Source: an uncultured bacterium (lineage in GTDB: Bacteria; Omnitrophota; Omnitrophia; Omnitrophales; Aquincolibacteriaceae). From it: 64,000 nucleotides of DNA. Where the stretch lies: NCBI GenBank assembly GCA_964562525.1, contig CAZLTL010000012.1, forward strand, positions 15,985 through 79,984, read 5' to 3'. The notes beneath the pieces are model-generated. The model saw only the letters and a list, made by a program, of their open reading frames with translations, was not told the DNA's origin and ran no database searches. Below are positions 49,243 to 59,041 of this stretch, piece after piece (position 1 is the first letter of the stretch; every line of letters begins with the position of its first letter). Position numbers and translations under genes: made by a program.

Positions 49243-49710
49243 TTAAGAAATAAGACTCCGTAACATCCAAGCCGTCTTTTCATGCGTCTGCATGCGCTGA
49301 GTAAGAAGGTCCGCAGTCGGCTCATCGCTTGCTTTTTCCACCGCTGGAAAAACCGCGCGCGCGGTACGAACAACAGCCTCCTGCCCTTCCACTAGCTGCC
49401 GAATCATGTCCTCTGCCTTGGGAACTCCATCAGCTTCTTGGATTGAAGTCAGCTTGGCGAATTCTTTATAAGAACCGGGCGCGGTAAAACCAAGCGCGCG
49501 AATCCGCTCCGCGATTAAGTCCACCGCCAGCGCGAGTTCGTTATATTGCGTTTCAAACATAAGATGCAAAGTTTGAAACATAGGCCCCGTCACATTCCAA
49601 TGAAAGTTATGCGTCTTCAAATAAAGCGTATAGGTATCCGCCAAAAGCTTGGACAAACCTTCCGCGATTTGTTTGCGTTCTGTTTCAGCAATTCCGATAT
49701 CAATTTTCAT
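49243..49710 (-). CDS. dps: DNA-binding ferritin-like protein Dps
   Basis: Start is set at the ATG 49708-49710 (MKIDIGIAE..), which has a GGAGG Shine-Dalgarno upstream. The ferroxidase-centre motifs ..[29 protein letters not shown].. are typical of Dps. Confidence 0.85.
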   Translation of the reverse strand: MKIDIGIAETERKQIAEGLSKLLADTYTLYLKTHNFHWNVTGPMFQTLHLMFETQYNELALAVDLIAERIRALGFTAPGSYKEFAKLTSIQEADGVPKAEDMIRQLVEGQEAVVRTARAVFPAVEKASDEPTADLLTQRMQTHEKTAWMLRSLIS

Positions 49711-49822
49711 AATGCCTCCATTCATTTACCGTAATTTAAAATGCCTTTTAACTGACACCATTATACCCCGATTGTTCAATCTCACTAAGATTGTCGCTCA
49801 TCTTGCGTGTTTTTTAAAATCG

Positions 49823-49854
49823 ATTGTTTTTATTAAACAATAGCTTTAAGCTAT
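49823..49854. promoter_or_regulatory. overlapping palindromes ATTGTTTTTATTAAACAAT and ATAGCTTTAAGCTAT (ATAG-N7-CTAT, OxyR half-site-like) in the dps-oxyR divergent region
   Basis: Read directly from the sequence. The OxyR consensus is ATAGnTnnnAnCTAT tetrads. Confidence 0.4.
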
Positions 49855-49861
49855 ATTCATA

Positions 49862-50821
49862 ATGCCCAGCCTAACTCAGATTGAATATATTGTTGCCGTA
49901 GAAAAACTGCGCCATTTTGGCAAGGCCGCGAAGTCGTGTCATATTTCGCAGCCCACGCTCAGCATGCAGATTCAAAAGGTAGAAGAAGAGCTCAGCTTTC
50001 CGATTTTTGACCGTATGCAAAAACCAGTGCTCCCCACCGAAAAAGGACGCCGCTTTATTGAGCAAGCTAAAGTCTTGCTGCATGAGCATCAAAAGCTGCT
50101 GCAAATCAGCAAACAGGATGAAAACACGATCAGCGGAGAGTTCCGGCTCGGCATCATTCCCACGCTAACGCCCTACGTGATCCCTTTATTTATTGAGGAG
50201 TTTTCACAGCGCTATCCCAGCGTCCAGCTCACCATCGATGAACTGAAAACAGACTCGATCGTGCAAGCTTTGCGCGAAGACCGCTTAGACGCGGGGATTC
50301 TCGCCACCCCGCTGCATGAAGAAGGGCTTAAAGAGAAACCTCTTTTTTATGAACCCTTTCTGCTTTATCTCTCGCCGGGTCACCCGCTTTTGAAAAAGAA
50401 AGCGATTACGCAAGACGACCTCGACGGAAACGAAATGTGGCTACTGCAAGACGGTCATTGCTTCCGCAATCAAATGATTCGTTTTTGCTCTCTGAATAAA
50501 AAACAGGGAATATTTAAAAATATCCATTTTGAAGGCGGAAATCTGGAAACTTTAAAACAAATCGTCAAAAACAGCCGTGGCTACACTTTAATCCCTTGGC
50601 TTCTGGGACTTACTTTATCTCCGGCTGAAAGACAAAATCACGTCAGGGAGTTTGAAAAGCCAATTCCAACAAGAGAAATCAGCCTCATTTACCGGCGCAA
50701 TCAATGGAAGCTGGACATTCTTCAGGCATTGGAAAAAACATTGCTTAAAAAAACTCCGGCCGAACTACGTAATACTTCAAAACAACAAACCATCCTCAAA
50801 ATCCATAAGAAGGGCGCTTGA
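49862..50821 (+). CDS. oxyR: LysR-family peroxide-sensing regulator OxyR
   Basis: 319 aa. Has the LysR helix-turn-helix and the redox cysteines in the OxyR context ..QDGHCFRNQMIRFC.. (equivalents of C199/C208). It is divergent from dps. Confidence 0.75.
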   Translation: MPSLTQIEYIVAVEKLRHFGKAAKSCHISQPTLSMQIQKVEEELSFPIFDRMQKPVLPTEKGRRFIEQAKVLLHEHQKLLQISKQDENTISGEFRLGIIPTLTPYVIPLFIEEFSQRYPSVQLTIDELKTDSIVQALREDRLDAGILATPLHEEGLKEKPLFYEPFLLYLSPGHPLLKKKAITQDDLDGNEMWLLQDGHCFRNQMIRFCSLNKKQGIFKNIHFEGGNLETLKQIVKNSRGYTLIPWLLGLTLSPAERQNHVREFEKPIPTREISLIYRRNQWKLDILQALEKTLLKKTPAELRNTSKQQTILKIHKKGA

Positions 50822-50854
50822 TTCCGGAGCGAAGTCCCTTTATGATCTTGCCTC

Positions 50855-51787
50855 ATGACTTGGAATAACCTTTGGCCTTGGATCGCTTTTAACGCCGCCG
50901 TTGTCTTTATGCTTTGGCTGGACCTCACGGTCCTGCATAAGAAATCGCATGAAGTCAAAATCAAAGAAGCCCTTTGGCAGTCTTTGCTTTGGATCACGAT
51001 CGCCCTGATTTTTAACGCGGGCATTTATTTCGTCAAAGGGTCGCAGCTAGCGCTCGAATTCTTCACGGCCTACCTGCTTGAAAAATCATTGAGCATCGAC
51101 AACCTTTTCGTCTTTATTATTGTTTTTGAATATTTCCATATCCCGCCCCGCTTTTACCATCGCGTTCTGTTTTGGGGTATTTTGGGTGCGCTCATCATGC
51201 GCGCACTCTTTATCCTGACCGGAATTTGGCTTATCGAAAAATTCCACTGGCTGATTTATGTTTTTGGCGCCTTCCTCATCTATACCGGCATCAAGCTTGC
51301 CTTCAGCCATGACAACGAAATCAAACCCGACCAGAATCCAATTTTGAAACTAATCAGAAAGTTTTTTCCCGTTTCCTCCAACGTGGAAGACGAGCGGTTC
51401 GCATTCAAAAGCGGCGGCGTTGTTCACCTCACCCCCGCTTTTGTTTGCTTGATTTTTATCAACATTATCGATCTGGTTTTCGCGATGGACTCCATACCCG
51501 CCGTCATGGCTGTGAGCCGCGACTCTTTTATCGTTTACACGTCGAATATTTTCGCGATTTTGGGATTACGCGCGCTTTTCTTCGCAATCGCAGGACTGAT
51601 GAAAATGTTTGAATATCTAAATTATGGTTTATCCGCGGTGCTTGTTTTCATCGGTGGCAAAATGCTTATTTCACATTACTATCATATCCCGATCGGTCTC
51701 TCGCTGGGTGTCGTCGCGGGGCTTTTAGGTCTTTCCATCGCAATTTCTTTGCTTCACAAAACCAAAGAAGAACAAAGTCCGGCCTGA
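50855..51787 (+). CDS. TerC-family integral membrane protein (Alx/YkoY-like)
   Basis: 310 aa. Has the TerC signature ..FTAYLLEKSLSIDNLFVF.. and a duplicated layout. Confidence 0.8.
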   Translation: MTWNNLWPWIAFNAAVVFMLWLDLTVLHKKSHEVKIKEALWQSLLWITIALIFNAGIYFVKGSQLALEFFTAYLLEKSLSIDNLFVFIIVFEYFHIPPRFYHRVLFWGILGALIMRALFILTGIWLIEKFHWLIYVFGAFLIYTGIKLAFSHDNEIKPDQNPILKLIRKFFPVSSNVEDERFAFKSGGVVHLTPAFVCLIFINIIDLVFAMDSIPAVMAVSRDSFIVYTSNIFAILGLRALFFAIAGLMKMFEYLNYGLSAVLVFIGGKMLISHYYHIPIGLSLGVVAGLLGLSIAISLLHKTKEEQSPA

Positions 51788-51876
51788 TTTTGGCATTCAT
51801 TTAATCCTGTCCGTCAGCTCAAGGTTATTTTTAAAATCTGTTTAAGCTTCATTCTCATTGAGGATTTGCTTTAAAA

Positions 51877-53493
51877 ATGTCCGCACGTCAAAGATTCATC
51901 TCCTCGATAAACCTCTCTCTCAAAGCTTTCCCCTGGGATTATTTTTTACTTGGGCTTGTGCTTTTGTTTACTGCGCTCATTCGCATCCGGCTTCTCGATA
52001 TTCCGCTTGAGCGGGACGAAGGCGAATACGCCTATATGGGACAATTAATCTTACAAGGTATTCCGCCTTATCAAATGGCTTATAACATGAAGCTGCCGGG
52101 CGCCTATGTTCTCTTCGCAATTATTGAAGCGGTTTTCGGTCAAACTACACGCGGCGTTCACCTCGGTCTGCTTTGCGCTAACTTAACTGCGATAACGCTT
52201 TTATTTTTTATCGGAAAAAAAATGATTAGTAGCTTAGCGGGCTTCGTCGCGGCAGCCTCCTATGCCGCTATGTCACTTAACTTTGCGGTGCTTGGTTTTG
52301 CTGCACACGCAACTCAATTTATTGTTCCTTTTGTTTTGGGCGGTTTTTTATTGCTGCTTCGCGCTTTTGAACGGCAGCGCGCGATTCTTTTCTTTTTAGC
52401 GGGTCTTTTCTTTGGTTTTGCTTTTTTGATTAAGCAGTCGGCCATGCCTCTTTGCGTCTGGGGCGTAGGAATTGTTTTTTTTACTGCACTCAGCCGTTCT
52501 TCATGGCGCAACAACCTTTTTAATGCGACGCTCGTAGCAACCGGCAGCGCAGTCCCCGTCATAATTACTTGCCTGGCACTCTATGGTGCGGGTGTTTTTG
52601 ATAAATTTTGGTTTTGGACTGTTACTTATCTTGAAACCTATGCAGCGCAAGTCTCCTGGTTTAAGGGAGTGAAAATTTTTCGAAGCGTTTTTTTATTTAT
52701 CGCGCGTGACTTTATCGGCATATGGATTACCGCCTTGCTCGGACTCGGAGCTATGTGCCACCCATTCCTTAGAACAAAAAGGGGTTTTCTGCTTTCATTT
52801 TGTTTCTTTTCTTTTCTGTCTGTATGCCCCGGGCTCTACTTCCGGCCACATTATTTCGTCACATTCCTACCGGCCGTGGGTTTATCCGTCGGTGTATTTT
52901 TTGCTTTGGTGAACCGTCAGCGTTTTTTTTCTAAGCCCGCCGCTTTAGCCTTATTTTTCGTATTGCTTTCTACGGGACTATTCATGCAACGGGAATATCT
53001 GTTTGAAGAAAAACCGGAAAAGCTATCACACAACATTTACAGCAAAAGCTACTTTCCTGAAATGCAGAAAATCGCGGAGATTGTAAAAGAGATGACACAT
53101 CCGAATGAAAAAATCGCCATTTTAGGCTCGGAGCCTCAAATTTATTTTTACTCAAACCGAAAGTCAGCCACGGGCTATATTTATATGTACAGCCTCATGG
53201 AAAAACAGCGGTACGGCTTAAAAATGCAAGAAGAGATGATTCGTGAAATTGAAACAGCTGATCCCAGAATTATAGTACTCGTCAAAAACCGCGATACCTG
53301 GGGCCGCTGGCCGGGAGCAGAAACCTACATTTTCGACTGGATGGACAAAACACTTACACCGGAAAAATATAAACGCATCGTGGTTGCTGATATTTTCAAA
53401 GACAAAACAGTTTATCTTTTTAATCAAGACGCAGAAAACTACAAGCCGAAATCAAAAGTCCAAGTTCACATCTACGAAAAAAGATTAAGCTAA
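51877..53493 (+). CDS. GT-C-fold membrane glycosyltransferase (ArnT/PMT_2-like)
   Basis: 538 aa. The first extracytoplasmic loop carries the DE motif ..RLLDIPLERDEGEYAYMGQLIL... It has 11-13 TM segments and a C-terminal soluble domain. Confidence 0.55.
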   Translation: MSARQRFISSINLSLKAFPWDYFLLGLVLLFTALIRIRLLDIPLERDEGEYAYMGQLILQGIPPYQMAYNMKLPGAYVLFAIIEAVFGQTTRGVHLGLLCANLTAITLLFFIGKKMISSLAGFVAAASYAAMSLNFAVLGFAAHATQFIVPFVLGGFLLLLRAFERQRAILFFLAGLFFGFAFLIKQSAMPLCVWGVGIVFFTALSRSSWRNNLFNATLVATGSAVPVIITCLALYGAGVFDKFWFWTVTYLETYAAQVSWFKGVKIFRSVFLFIARDFIGIWITALLGLGAMCHPFLRTKRGFLLSFCFFSFLSVCPGLYFRPHYFVTFLPAVGLSVGVFFALVNRQRFFSKPAALALFFVLLSTGLFMQREYLFEEKPEKLSHNIYSKSYFPEMQKIAEIVKEMTHPNEKIAILGSEPQIYFYSNRKSATGYIYMYSLMEKQRYGLKMQEEMIREIETADPRIIVLVKNRDTWGRWPGAETYIFDWMDKTLTPEKYKRIVVADIFKDKTVYLFNQDAENYKPKSKVQVHIYEKRLS

Positions 53494-54836
53494 TCCGGAT
53501 CTCTTCCCGCTAAAGAGCGAATTCCCAAAACGCTGAAGAAAAGCTCCCGGCTCGACATAGGCTGAACTTTTTCGCGAACTTCACGAAAACGGTGAATAGG
53601 AAGCAAATAAAGAAACAGTCGCAAAAGCCCGGAAATTAAAAAAAGGCTCATCGCTGCATAGCCATTCAACTTCGGAAGCATTTCAATCAAAACCCCGCCG
53701 AGTGTCGCGCCGAGAAAAAGAGCCGCTCCGTTAATGAGGTTAAAATAGCTCAGACAACGCACGCGTTTTTCCTGACTTACCGAATCAAAAATGAAGTTTG
53801 CCGCGCAAAGATTAAAACCTCCCCAAACAAATCCCGCGTAGATCTCAACCGCGAGCAAATAATACCAATTCGTTGAAAAAACCCAGAGAATCGGAACAAA
53901 AGGAATCAACGCGCCTGTGATCTTGAGCACGCGCACATTGCCCGTGCGGTCGGCAATGCGCCCCCAAAGCGGCGCTGCGATCAGCGCTGAAACGAGCGCC
54001 ATCAAATGTACCGCCATAAATTGGAAGTAGTTGTAATGAAGATCATCCAGCATATAAACGCTAAAATACGGCGCGGAGAGCTGGGTCGCAAAAGTAATGC
54101 CTGCGGTAAAAACAACAAACTTCACAAAATTACTTTGTCTGAACCGGCGAATAAACATCCAAAAAGTAAATTTGCTTTCGGGTTTTTCTTCATATGGCAA
54201 ATCTTGCATCCGTTTAAAAAGATGCGAAGAGTAAAGCCTGAGACCTCCCGTAAAAACAAAAAGCAATCCAAAGCCCAAGGCTTCCGAATAAGGCTTCAAC
54301 CCATCCAGTAATCCGCTGGCAAAAACAAGTGCCACGATGCCTGCGAGCCCCACAATAAATTGGCGGCTTCCCATATAACGGCCGCGCTCATGCGGCTCAA
54401 GATAATCGCTCATCAAACTGCCCCACGCGGTCGCCACCCAGTTTCCAACAATTCTAAATAAAATAGTTAAGACGGTAAGAACGATTACCGACCAAGGTCC
54501 CTGCCAAAAACAAAGCAAGGCCGCGGCAATCAATAAAAGCCCTTGAACGCGAGTCATGTTGATCAAAAACTGCAAGCGGCTGCCTTCACGCTGAACCATT
54601 TGTGTAGCCGCCAGCTGAAAGATCGATCCCAAGAGGCCGGGCCAACCCACAAGCATTCCAATTGCCGCATGAGGCGCGCCTAAAAAAAGGGCATAAGGCA
54701 CAAGAAAAAAGTCGGTAATAGCTATCATCATATTGCCGGGAATTCCCTCTTTCCAAGAGGCATCCAAGCTTTGACGATGTTTCTCAGGCAACCAAATTTT
54801 GAACAAACTGAATAGCTTCATGTTGAACCATCCCAA
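53490..54836 (-). CDS. MFS transporter
   Basis: 448 aa with 12 TM segments and MFS topology. Confidence 0.75.
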   Translation of the reverse strand: MGWFNMKLFSLFKIWLPEKHRQSLDASWKEGIPGNMMIAITDFFLVPYALFLGAPHAAIGMLVGWPGLLGSIFQLAATQMVQREGSRLQFLINMTRVQGLLLIAAALLCFWQGPWSVIVLTVLTILFRIVGNWVATAWGSLMSDYLEPHERGRYMGSRQFIVGLAGIVALVFASGLLDGLKPYSEALGFGLLFVFTGGLRLYSSHLFKRMQDLPYEEKPESKFTFWMFIRRFRQSNFVKFVVFTAGITFATQLSAPYFSVYMLDDLHYNYFQFMAVHLMALVSALIAAPLWGRIADRTGNVRVLKITGALIPFVPILWVFSTNWYYLLAVEIYAGFVWGGFNLCAANFIFDSVSQEKRVRCLSYFNLINGAALFLGATLGGVLIEMLPKLNGYAAMSLFLISGLLRLFLYLLPIHRFREVREKVQPMSSRELFFSVLGIRSLAGRDPD

Positions 54837-54936
54837 CTCCCCGAGTTAGAAACGGAGACCTACCCCCGGGAGCTTTATTGGGGTAAAACAAAAAGGGCGG
54901 TGTCTTTTTAGACACCGCCCTTTTTTAAAAAAAAGA

Positions 54937-55359
54937 TTACTTTTTCTTCAAAAGATCACGAATTTCCTCGAGAAGAATTTCATTGCGCGGTGCCACAACA
55001 GGAACACCCGGCTTGGCCTCTTCTTTTTTCTTCATGGTGTTCATACCCTTAATCACCATAAAAAGACAGAAAGCCACGATGATAAAGTTAATGATCGTAT
55101 TCAGAAAAACTCCGTAATTGATTGTAGCGGCACCGGCCTTTTGAGCTTCAGCCAAAGAAGCATATCCAACTCCGCTCATATCAATAAAGAGGCTGCTGAA
55201 ATCGACATTTCCGAGCAACTTTCCGATCGGCGGCATGATCACATCATTGACCAATGAGCTTACGATTTTACCGAAAGCACCACCAATGATGACACCCACA
55301 GCCATGTCGACAACATTGCCCTTCATCGCGAAGTCTTTAAATTCCTGCAAAACTTTCAT
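54937..55359 (-). CDS. mscL: large-conductance mechanosensitive channel MscL
   Basis: 140 aa. The N-terminus ..[40 protein letters not shown].. is typical of MscL. Confidence 0.9.
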   Translation of the reverse strand: MKVLQEFKDFAMKGNVVDMAVGVIIGGAFGKIVSSLVNDVIMPPIGKLLGNVDFSSLFIDMSGVGYASLAEAQKAGAATINYGVFLNTIINFIIVAFCLFMVIKGMNTMKKKEEAKPGVPVVAPRNEILLEEIRDLLKKK

Positions 55360-55391
55360 GACTTAATCTCCCTTTACCATTGATTAAAAAT

Positions 55392-56009
55392 TTAAGAAAC
55401 CGAGGCTTCTTCTTTAACCGCAAAGAGGCTGGCACCTTTATAGCCGGGACGGCGCTTCAAACGGTCCCAATATTGGCGCAGCTTCGGAGTGATTCCGACT
55501 TTATCAGTTAATCCGAGAGCTTCTACGGTCGCAAGGCCGGCCATGACTGAGCAATCCGCGAGAGAGAATTTACCGGCGACAAACTCTTGCGTGCCTAAAT
55601 AAGCTTCCACCCGCTTGATTGATTCAGCAACTTTTTCAATCATTTCAGCCGTAATTTCAGTTCCGGCCTTTTTAGCCAAAACAATTTTGATAAGCGCGCG
55701 ATAAAAATGAAGATCGCAATACGCCACCACAATGCGCGCACGGGCGCGAAGAACAGAATCATCCGCAAGCAAAGCCGGTTCCGGATATTCATCGTTCAAA
55801 TATTCAACGATGGCAGTGGATTCATAGATCGCTTGCCCATCGTCTACGATGGTGGGAACTTCCGCGTTCGGATTCAGCTTCAGATACTCAGGCTCTTGAA
55901 ATTTGCCCCACTCAACGGACTTGATCGCGTAGTCCAAATTCTTCTCATCCAAAACAGCTAATACCTTGCGTCCATAAATTGACGGCGCGGCGTAATAAAC
56001 ATCAATCAT
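55392..56009 (-). CDS. glutathione S-transferase
   Basis: 205 aa. Has an N-terminal thioredoxin-like GST domain (..VPTIVDDGQAIYESTAIVEYL..). Confidence 0.75.
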   Translation of the reverse strand: MIDVYYAAPSIYGRKVLAVLDEKNLDYAIKSVEWGKFQEPEYLKLNPNAEVPTIVDDGQAIYESTAIVEYLNDEYPEPALLADDSVLRARARIVVAYCDLHFYRALIKIVLAKKAGTEITAEMIEKVAESIKRVEAYLGTQEFVAGKFSLADCSVMAGLATVEALGLTDKVGITPKLRQYWDRLKRRPGYKGASLFAVKEEASVS

Positions 56010-56121
56010 AAATCCTCCTTCGTTCCATTCATGTTATTCATAAAAGCGGAGGCGTATTATACCGAAGCAAGAAGCGGGAACCAAGAGCCAAGTAATTTTA
56101 TTTTTGAGAAGGAATTTGTAT

Positions 56122-56739
56122 TTAGAAAACGCCGGATTCAGCAATCCCGTTCAGGATAAACTGCACGGCGATCGCGGCGAGCAAAAGCCCCATGAGACGC
56201 GTAAAAATCTTCTGCAAAATAACGCTGATCAGAGAGGCATTCACCGAAATCAGGTAAAAAGAGCCGAAAGTCACCGCCGAAACGGCAACAATAGAGCCCA
56301 AAAGAGTTCCCGCCGAAACCCAATCGGTTACTTTGCCTGAAAGAATCATAACGGTCGTAATCGCTCCGGGGCCTGCCAGCATGGGAATCGCCAACGGAGT
56401 AATCGCGATATCTGTCTTATCCGCTCCGGCGTCCTGCTCCTCGCGTGTTTGCCGAACATTGGTGAGCCGCGCGTTCAGCATATCCATAGCAATAAAAAAA
56501 AGTAAAATTCCTCCGGCAATTTCAAATGCGGGCAGAGTAACGGAAAGAACACTTAAAATCGCTTTCCCAAAAAAAGCAAAAAGCGCCAACACGAAAAAAG
56601 TGATCACGGATGCCAAAATCGAAATACGAATGCGGTCTTGAGTGCTTTTCCCCGGCGTAATCGCTAAAAATGCGGGAATCAGCCCAATCGGGTCGACAAT
56701 CGCAAACAAAGATGAGAAGCAAAGAATTGCGAACTCCAT
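56122..56739 (-). CDS. MarC-family (UPF0056) integral membrane protein
   Basis: 205 aa. The N-terminus MEFAILCFSSLFAIVDPIGLIPAFLAIT matches the MarC family. Confidence 0.75.
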   Translation of the reverse strand: MEFAILCFSSLFAIVDPIGLIPAFLAITPGKSTQDRIRISILASVITFFVLALFAFFGKAILSVLSVTLPAFEIAGGILLFFIAMDMLNARLTNVRQTREEQDAGADKTDIAITPLAIPMLAGPGAITTVMILSGKVTDWVSAGTLLGSIVAVSAVTFGSFYLISVNASLISVILQKIFTRLMGLLLAAIAVQFILNGIAESGVF

Positions 56740-56837
56740 ATACTCCTTTTTCGGCTTTTTCTTATCTAAAGTATAGCATGTAAAAACAGAGCTTTTTTGA
56801 ATGCCTTGCCCGCAAAAACCGCGTTATAATCTCGGCC

Positions 56838-58019
56838 ATGATTACCTCTTTTTTGTTTCTTTTAGCCGGACTCGCAACAGGCCTCACCCTCGCCTATTTT
56901 TTCGGCTTTTACCGCCAAAAAGCCGCCAAGGACATTGCCTTGGAAATGCTTCAGGCTTCCGATACCCGCATGAAAGAAAGCTTCGGAAGCCTCTCGCTGG
57001 ACGCGCTGTCTAAGTTTCTTGAGCTTGCAAAAGAAAAATTGGATGGTCAAACCGCGACCAATGCCGGCGAACTAGAAAAGAAAAAAGAGCTAATCGAAAA
57101 AGATGTTTCTCAAGTCTCCCGCAAGCTCGAAGAAGTCACGCGCCTCATTAGTGCCCTGGAAAAAGACCGCGAGCAGAAATTTGGCGAATTAACCAATCAG
57201 CTCAAAACAGCGAATGAAAAAACAACGGACCTAATCAAAACAACCCGCGTTTTAAATGAAGCGCTTTCCAATAACAAAGTTCGCGGGCAATGGGGTGAGC
57301 GCATTGCTGAAGACATTCTTCAAATTGCCGGTTTTATCGAAAACATCAACTATCTCAAACAGAAAACCATTGAAAGCTCCGGCTCGCGTCCTGACTTTAC
57401 CTTCCTGCTGCCTAAAAACATGAAGCTGAACATGGACGTGAAATTTCCGGCATCCAGCTACTGTAAATATCTGGAAGCCCAAACCGACATCGAGCGCGAA
57501 GGCTATCTCAGTCAATTCTATAAAGACATCAAAGGCCGCATCAAGGAAGTGACCACGCGCGACTATATCAGCCAAGATCAAAATACTTTGGACTATGTCC
57601 TGCTTTTTATTCCGAATGAAACGATTTATTCATTCATCCACGAAAAAAATCAATCCTTGCTCGAAGAGGGTCTAAAAAATAAAGTTGTTTTTTGCTCGCC
57701 CATCACGCTTTTTGCCGTGCTGGCGGTAATACGCCAATCCATCGACAATTTCTCGCTTGAAAAAACCTCGAATGAAATCCTCTCTCTGCTGGGTGAGTTT
57801 AAAAAACAATGGGGCGAATATGTAAAAAAAATGGATAGCCTCGGAGACAAATTAGATAAAGCTAAGGAAGAGTTTGTCGCGATTAAAACCACGCGTCAAA
57901 ACAAACTGGAAAAACCGCTGAATAAGATTGATGCGATCCGAATACAAAAAGGTCTTCCAGCCGCGGATGTAAGCCCGGACGAACCGCTGGAAATCACCGC
58001 CGAAGATTTGTTTAAATAA
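56838..58019 (+). CDS. rmuC: DNA recombination protein RmuC
   Basis: 393 aa. Has an N-terminal TM segment, a long coiled coil, and the RmuC C-terminal domain (..VLLFIPNETIYSFIHEKNQSLLEEG..). Confidence 0.75.
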   Translation: MITSFLFLLAGLATGLTLAYFFGFYRQKAAKDIALEMLQASDTRMKESFGSLSLDALSKFLELAKEKLDGQTATNAGELEKKKELIEKDVSQVSRKLEEVTRLISALEKDREQKFGELTNQLKTANEKTTDLIKTTRVLNEALSNNKVRGQWGERIAEDILQIAGFIENINYLKQKTIESSGSRPDFTFLLPKNMKLNMDVKFPASSYCKYLEAQTDIEREGYLSQFYKDIKGRIKEVTTRDYISQDQNTLDYVLLFIPNETIYSFIHEKNQSLLEEGLKNKVVFCSPITLFAVLAVIRQSIDNFSLEKTSNEILSLLGEFKKQWGEYVKKMDSLGDKLDKAKEEFVAIKTTRQNKLEKPLNKIDAIRIQKGLPAADVSPDEPLEITAEDLFK

Positions 58020-58968
58020 CACAGCCCAGGACGGCTCCCGGGTGCTTTAACTTCCGCTCGATTAACTTATCCAAGAGATCGGCTAAGCGCGGATCATTCC
58101 CCGGTGTAGGCGCGCGAAAAAATCCAATTCCCAATTCCGCGGCAAGATTTTTAGCTTCAATATCCAAATCATAGAGCACTTCCGCGTTATCGCTCAAAAA
58201 CCCCATCGGAATCACGAGCACCGCTTTTTTCCCGGATTCAGCGCTTTGTTTGATGGTATCCAAAATATCAGGCCCCAGCCAAGGTTGGGACGGATCACCG
58301 CTGCGCGATTGATAAACATGCTTCCAACTTTTAAATCTCGCTTTTTCGGCCGTGAGATTGCTGGCGGTTTCATATTCCGCGCTGTAAATACAGCTGGCAC
58401 AAGCCGCGTCCGCGGCGGAAGGAATGGAGTGGCATGAAAATAAAATCTCGGTTTGCTCTCTAACAGAAAGCGGAATGGATTCAAAAGACTGCCGCGCAAG
58501 CGCCGCAAGCAAAGCAATCCATTCGGAATCGCGGTACCACGGATCCAAATATAAATACTGCAATTCTGTAATACCATGCGCATGCAAGGCTTCGTGAATA
58601 TTTTCTTTGTAGCGTCGACAGCTTGCGGTGCTGCGGAAAGGCGCAAGAATAACACCAAGCCCCTTCTTCAATCCCTGTTTATGAATTTCTAAAACTTGTT
58701 CTTGAAGGAATGGCGCCGCATTGCGATGCCCCAAAAAGAGGGGTAATTTGTTTTGCGACAATTCACGAATTTGACGCGCAAGCTTCTTGGCCCAGGCGTT
58801 ATAGGGCGATACTCCGCCGATCATTTCATAATGATGCGCAACCGCAATTAACCTCTGCTCGGGAATACGCCGCCCTGCCGTCACCCTTTTTAAAAAAGGC
58901 AAAACATCTTCCGGAGTTTCCGGTCCGCCAAACCCAATTAAAAGAATATGATCAAAAACATCTTTCAT
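58012..58968 (-). CDS. hemH: ferrochelatase
   Basis: 318 aa. The N-terminus ..ILLIGFGGPETPEDVLPFLKRV.. matches ferrochelatase, as does the overall HemH layout. Confidence 0.85.
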   Translation of the reverse strand: MKDVFDHILLIGFGGPETPEDVLPFLKRVTAGRRIPEQRLIAVAHHYEMIGGVSPYNAWAKKLARQIRELSQNKLPLFLGHRNAAPFLQEQVLEIHKQGLKKGLGVILAPFRSTASCRRYKENIHEALHAHGITELQYLYLDPWYRDSEWIALLAALARQSFESIPLSVREQTEILFSCHSIPSAADAACASCIYSAEYETASNLTAEKARFKSWKHVYQSRSGDPSQPWLGPDILDTIKQSAESGKKAVLVIPMGFLSDNAEVLYDLDIEAKNLAAELGIGFFRAPTPGNDPRLADLLDKLIERKLKHPGAVLGCVI

Positions 58969-59041
58969 AGTCTTTATTGTAATGATTTTTAAAGCGCGGG
59001 ATAAGTTTTATATTTTTAAAATCCGGCCGATAATAGTGAAG

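Noticed and set aside
50822-50854. yybP-ykoY (Mn2+) riboswitch upstream of the TerC-family gene
   Set aside because: Only 33 nt separate oxyR and the TerC gene; there is no room for a roughly 100-nt riboswitch.
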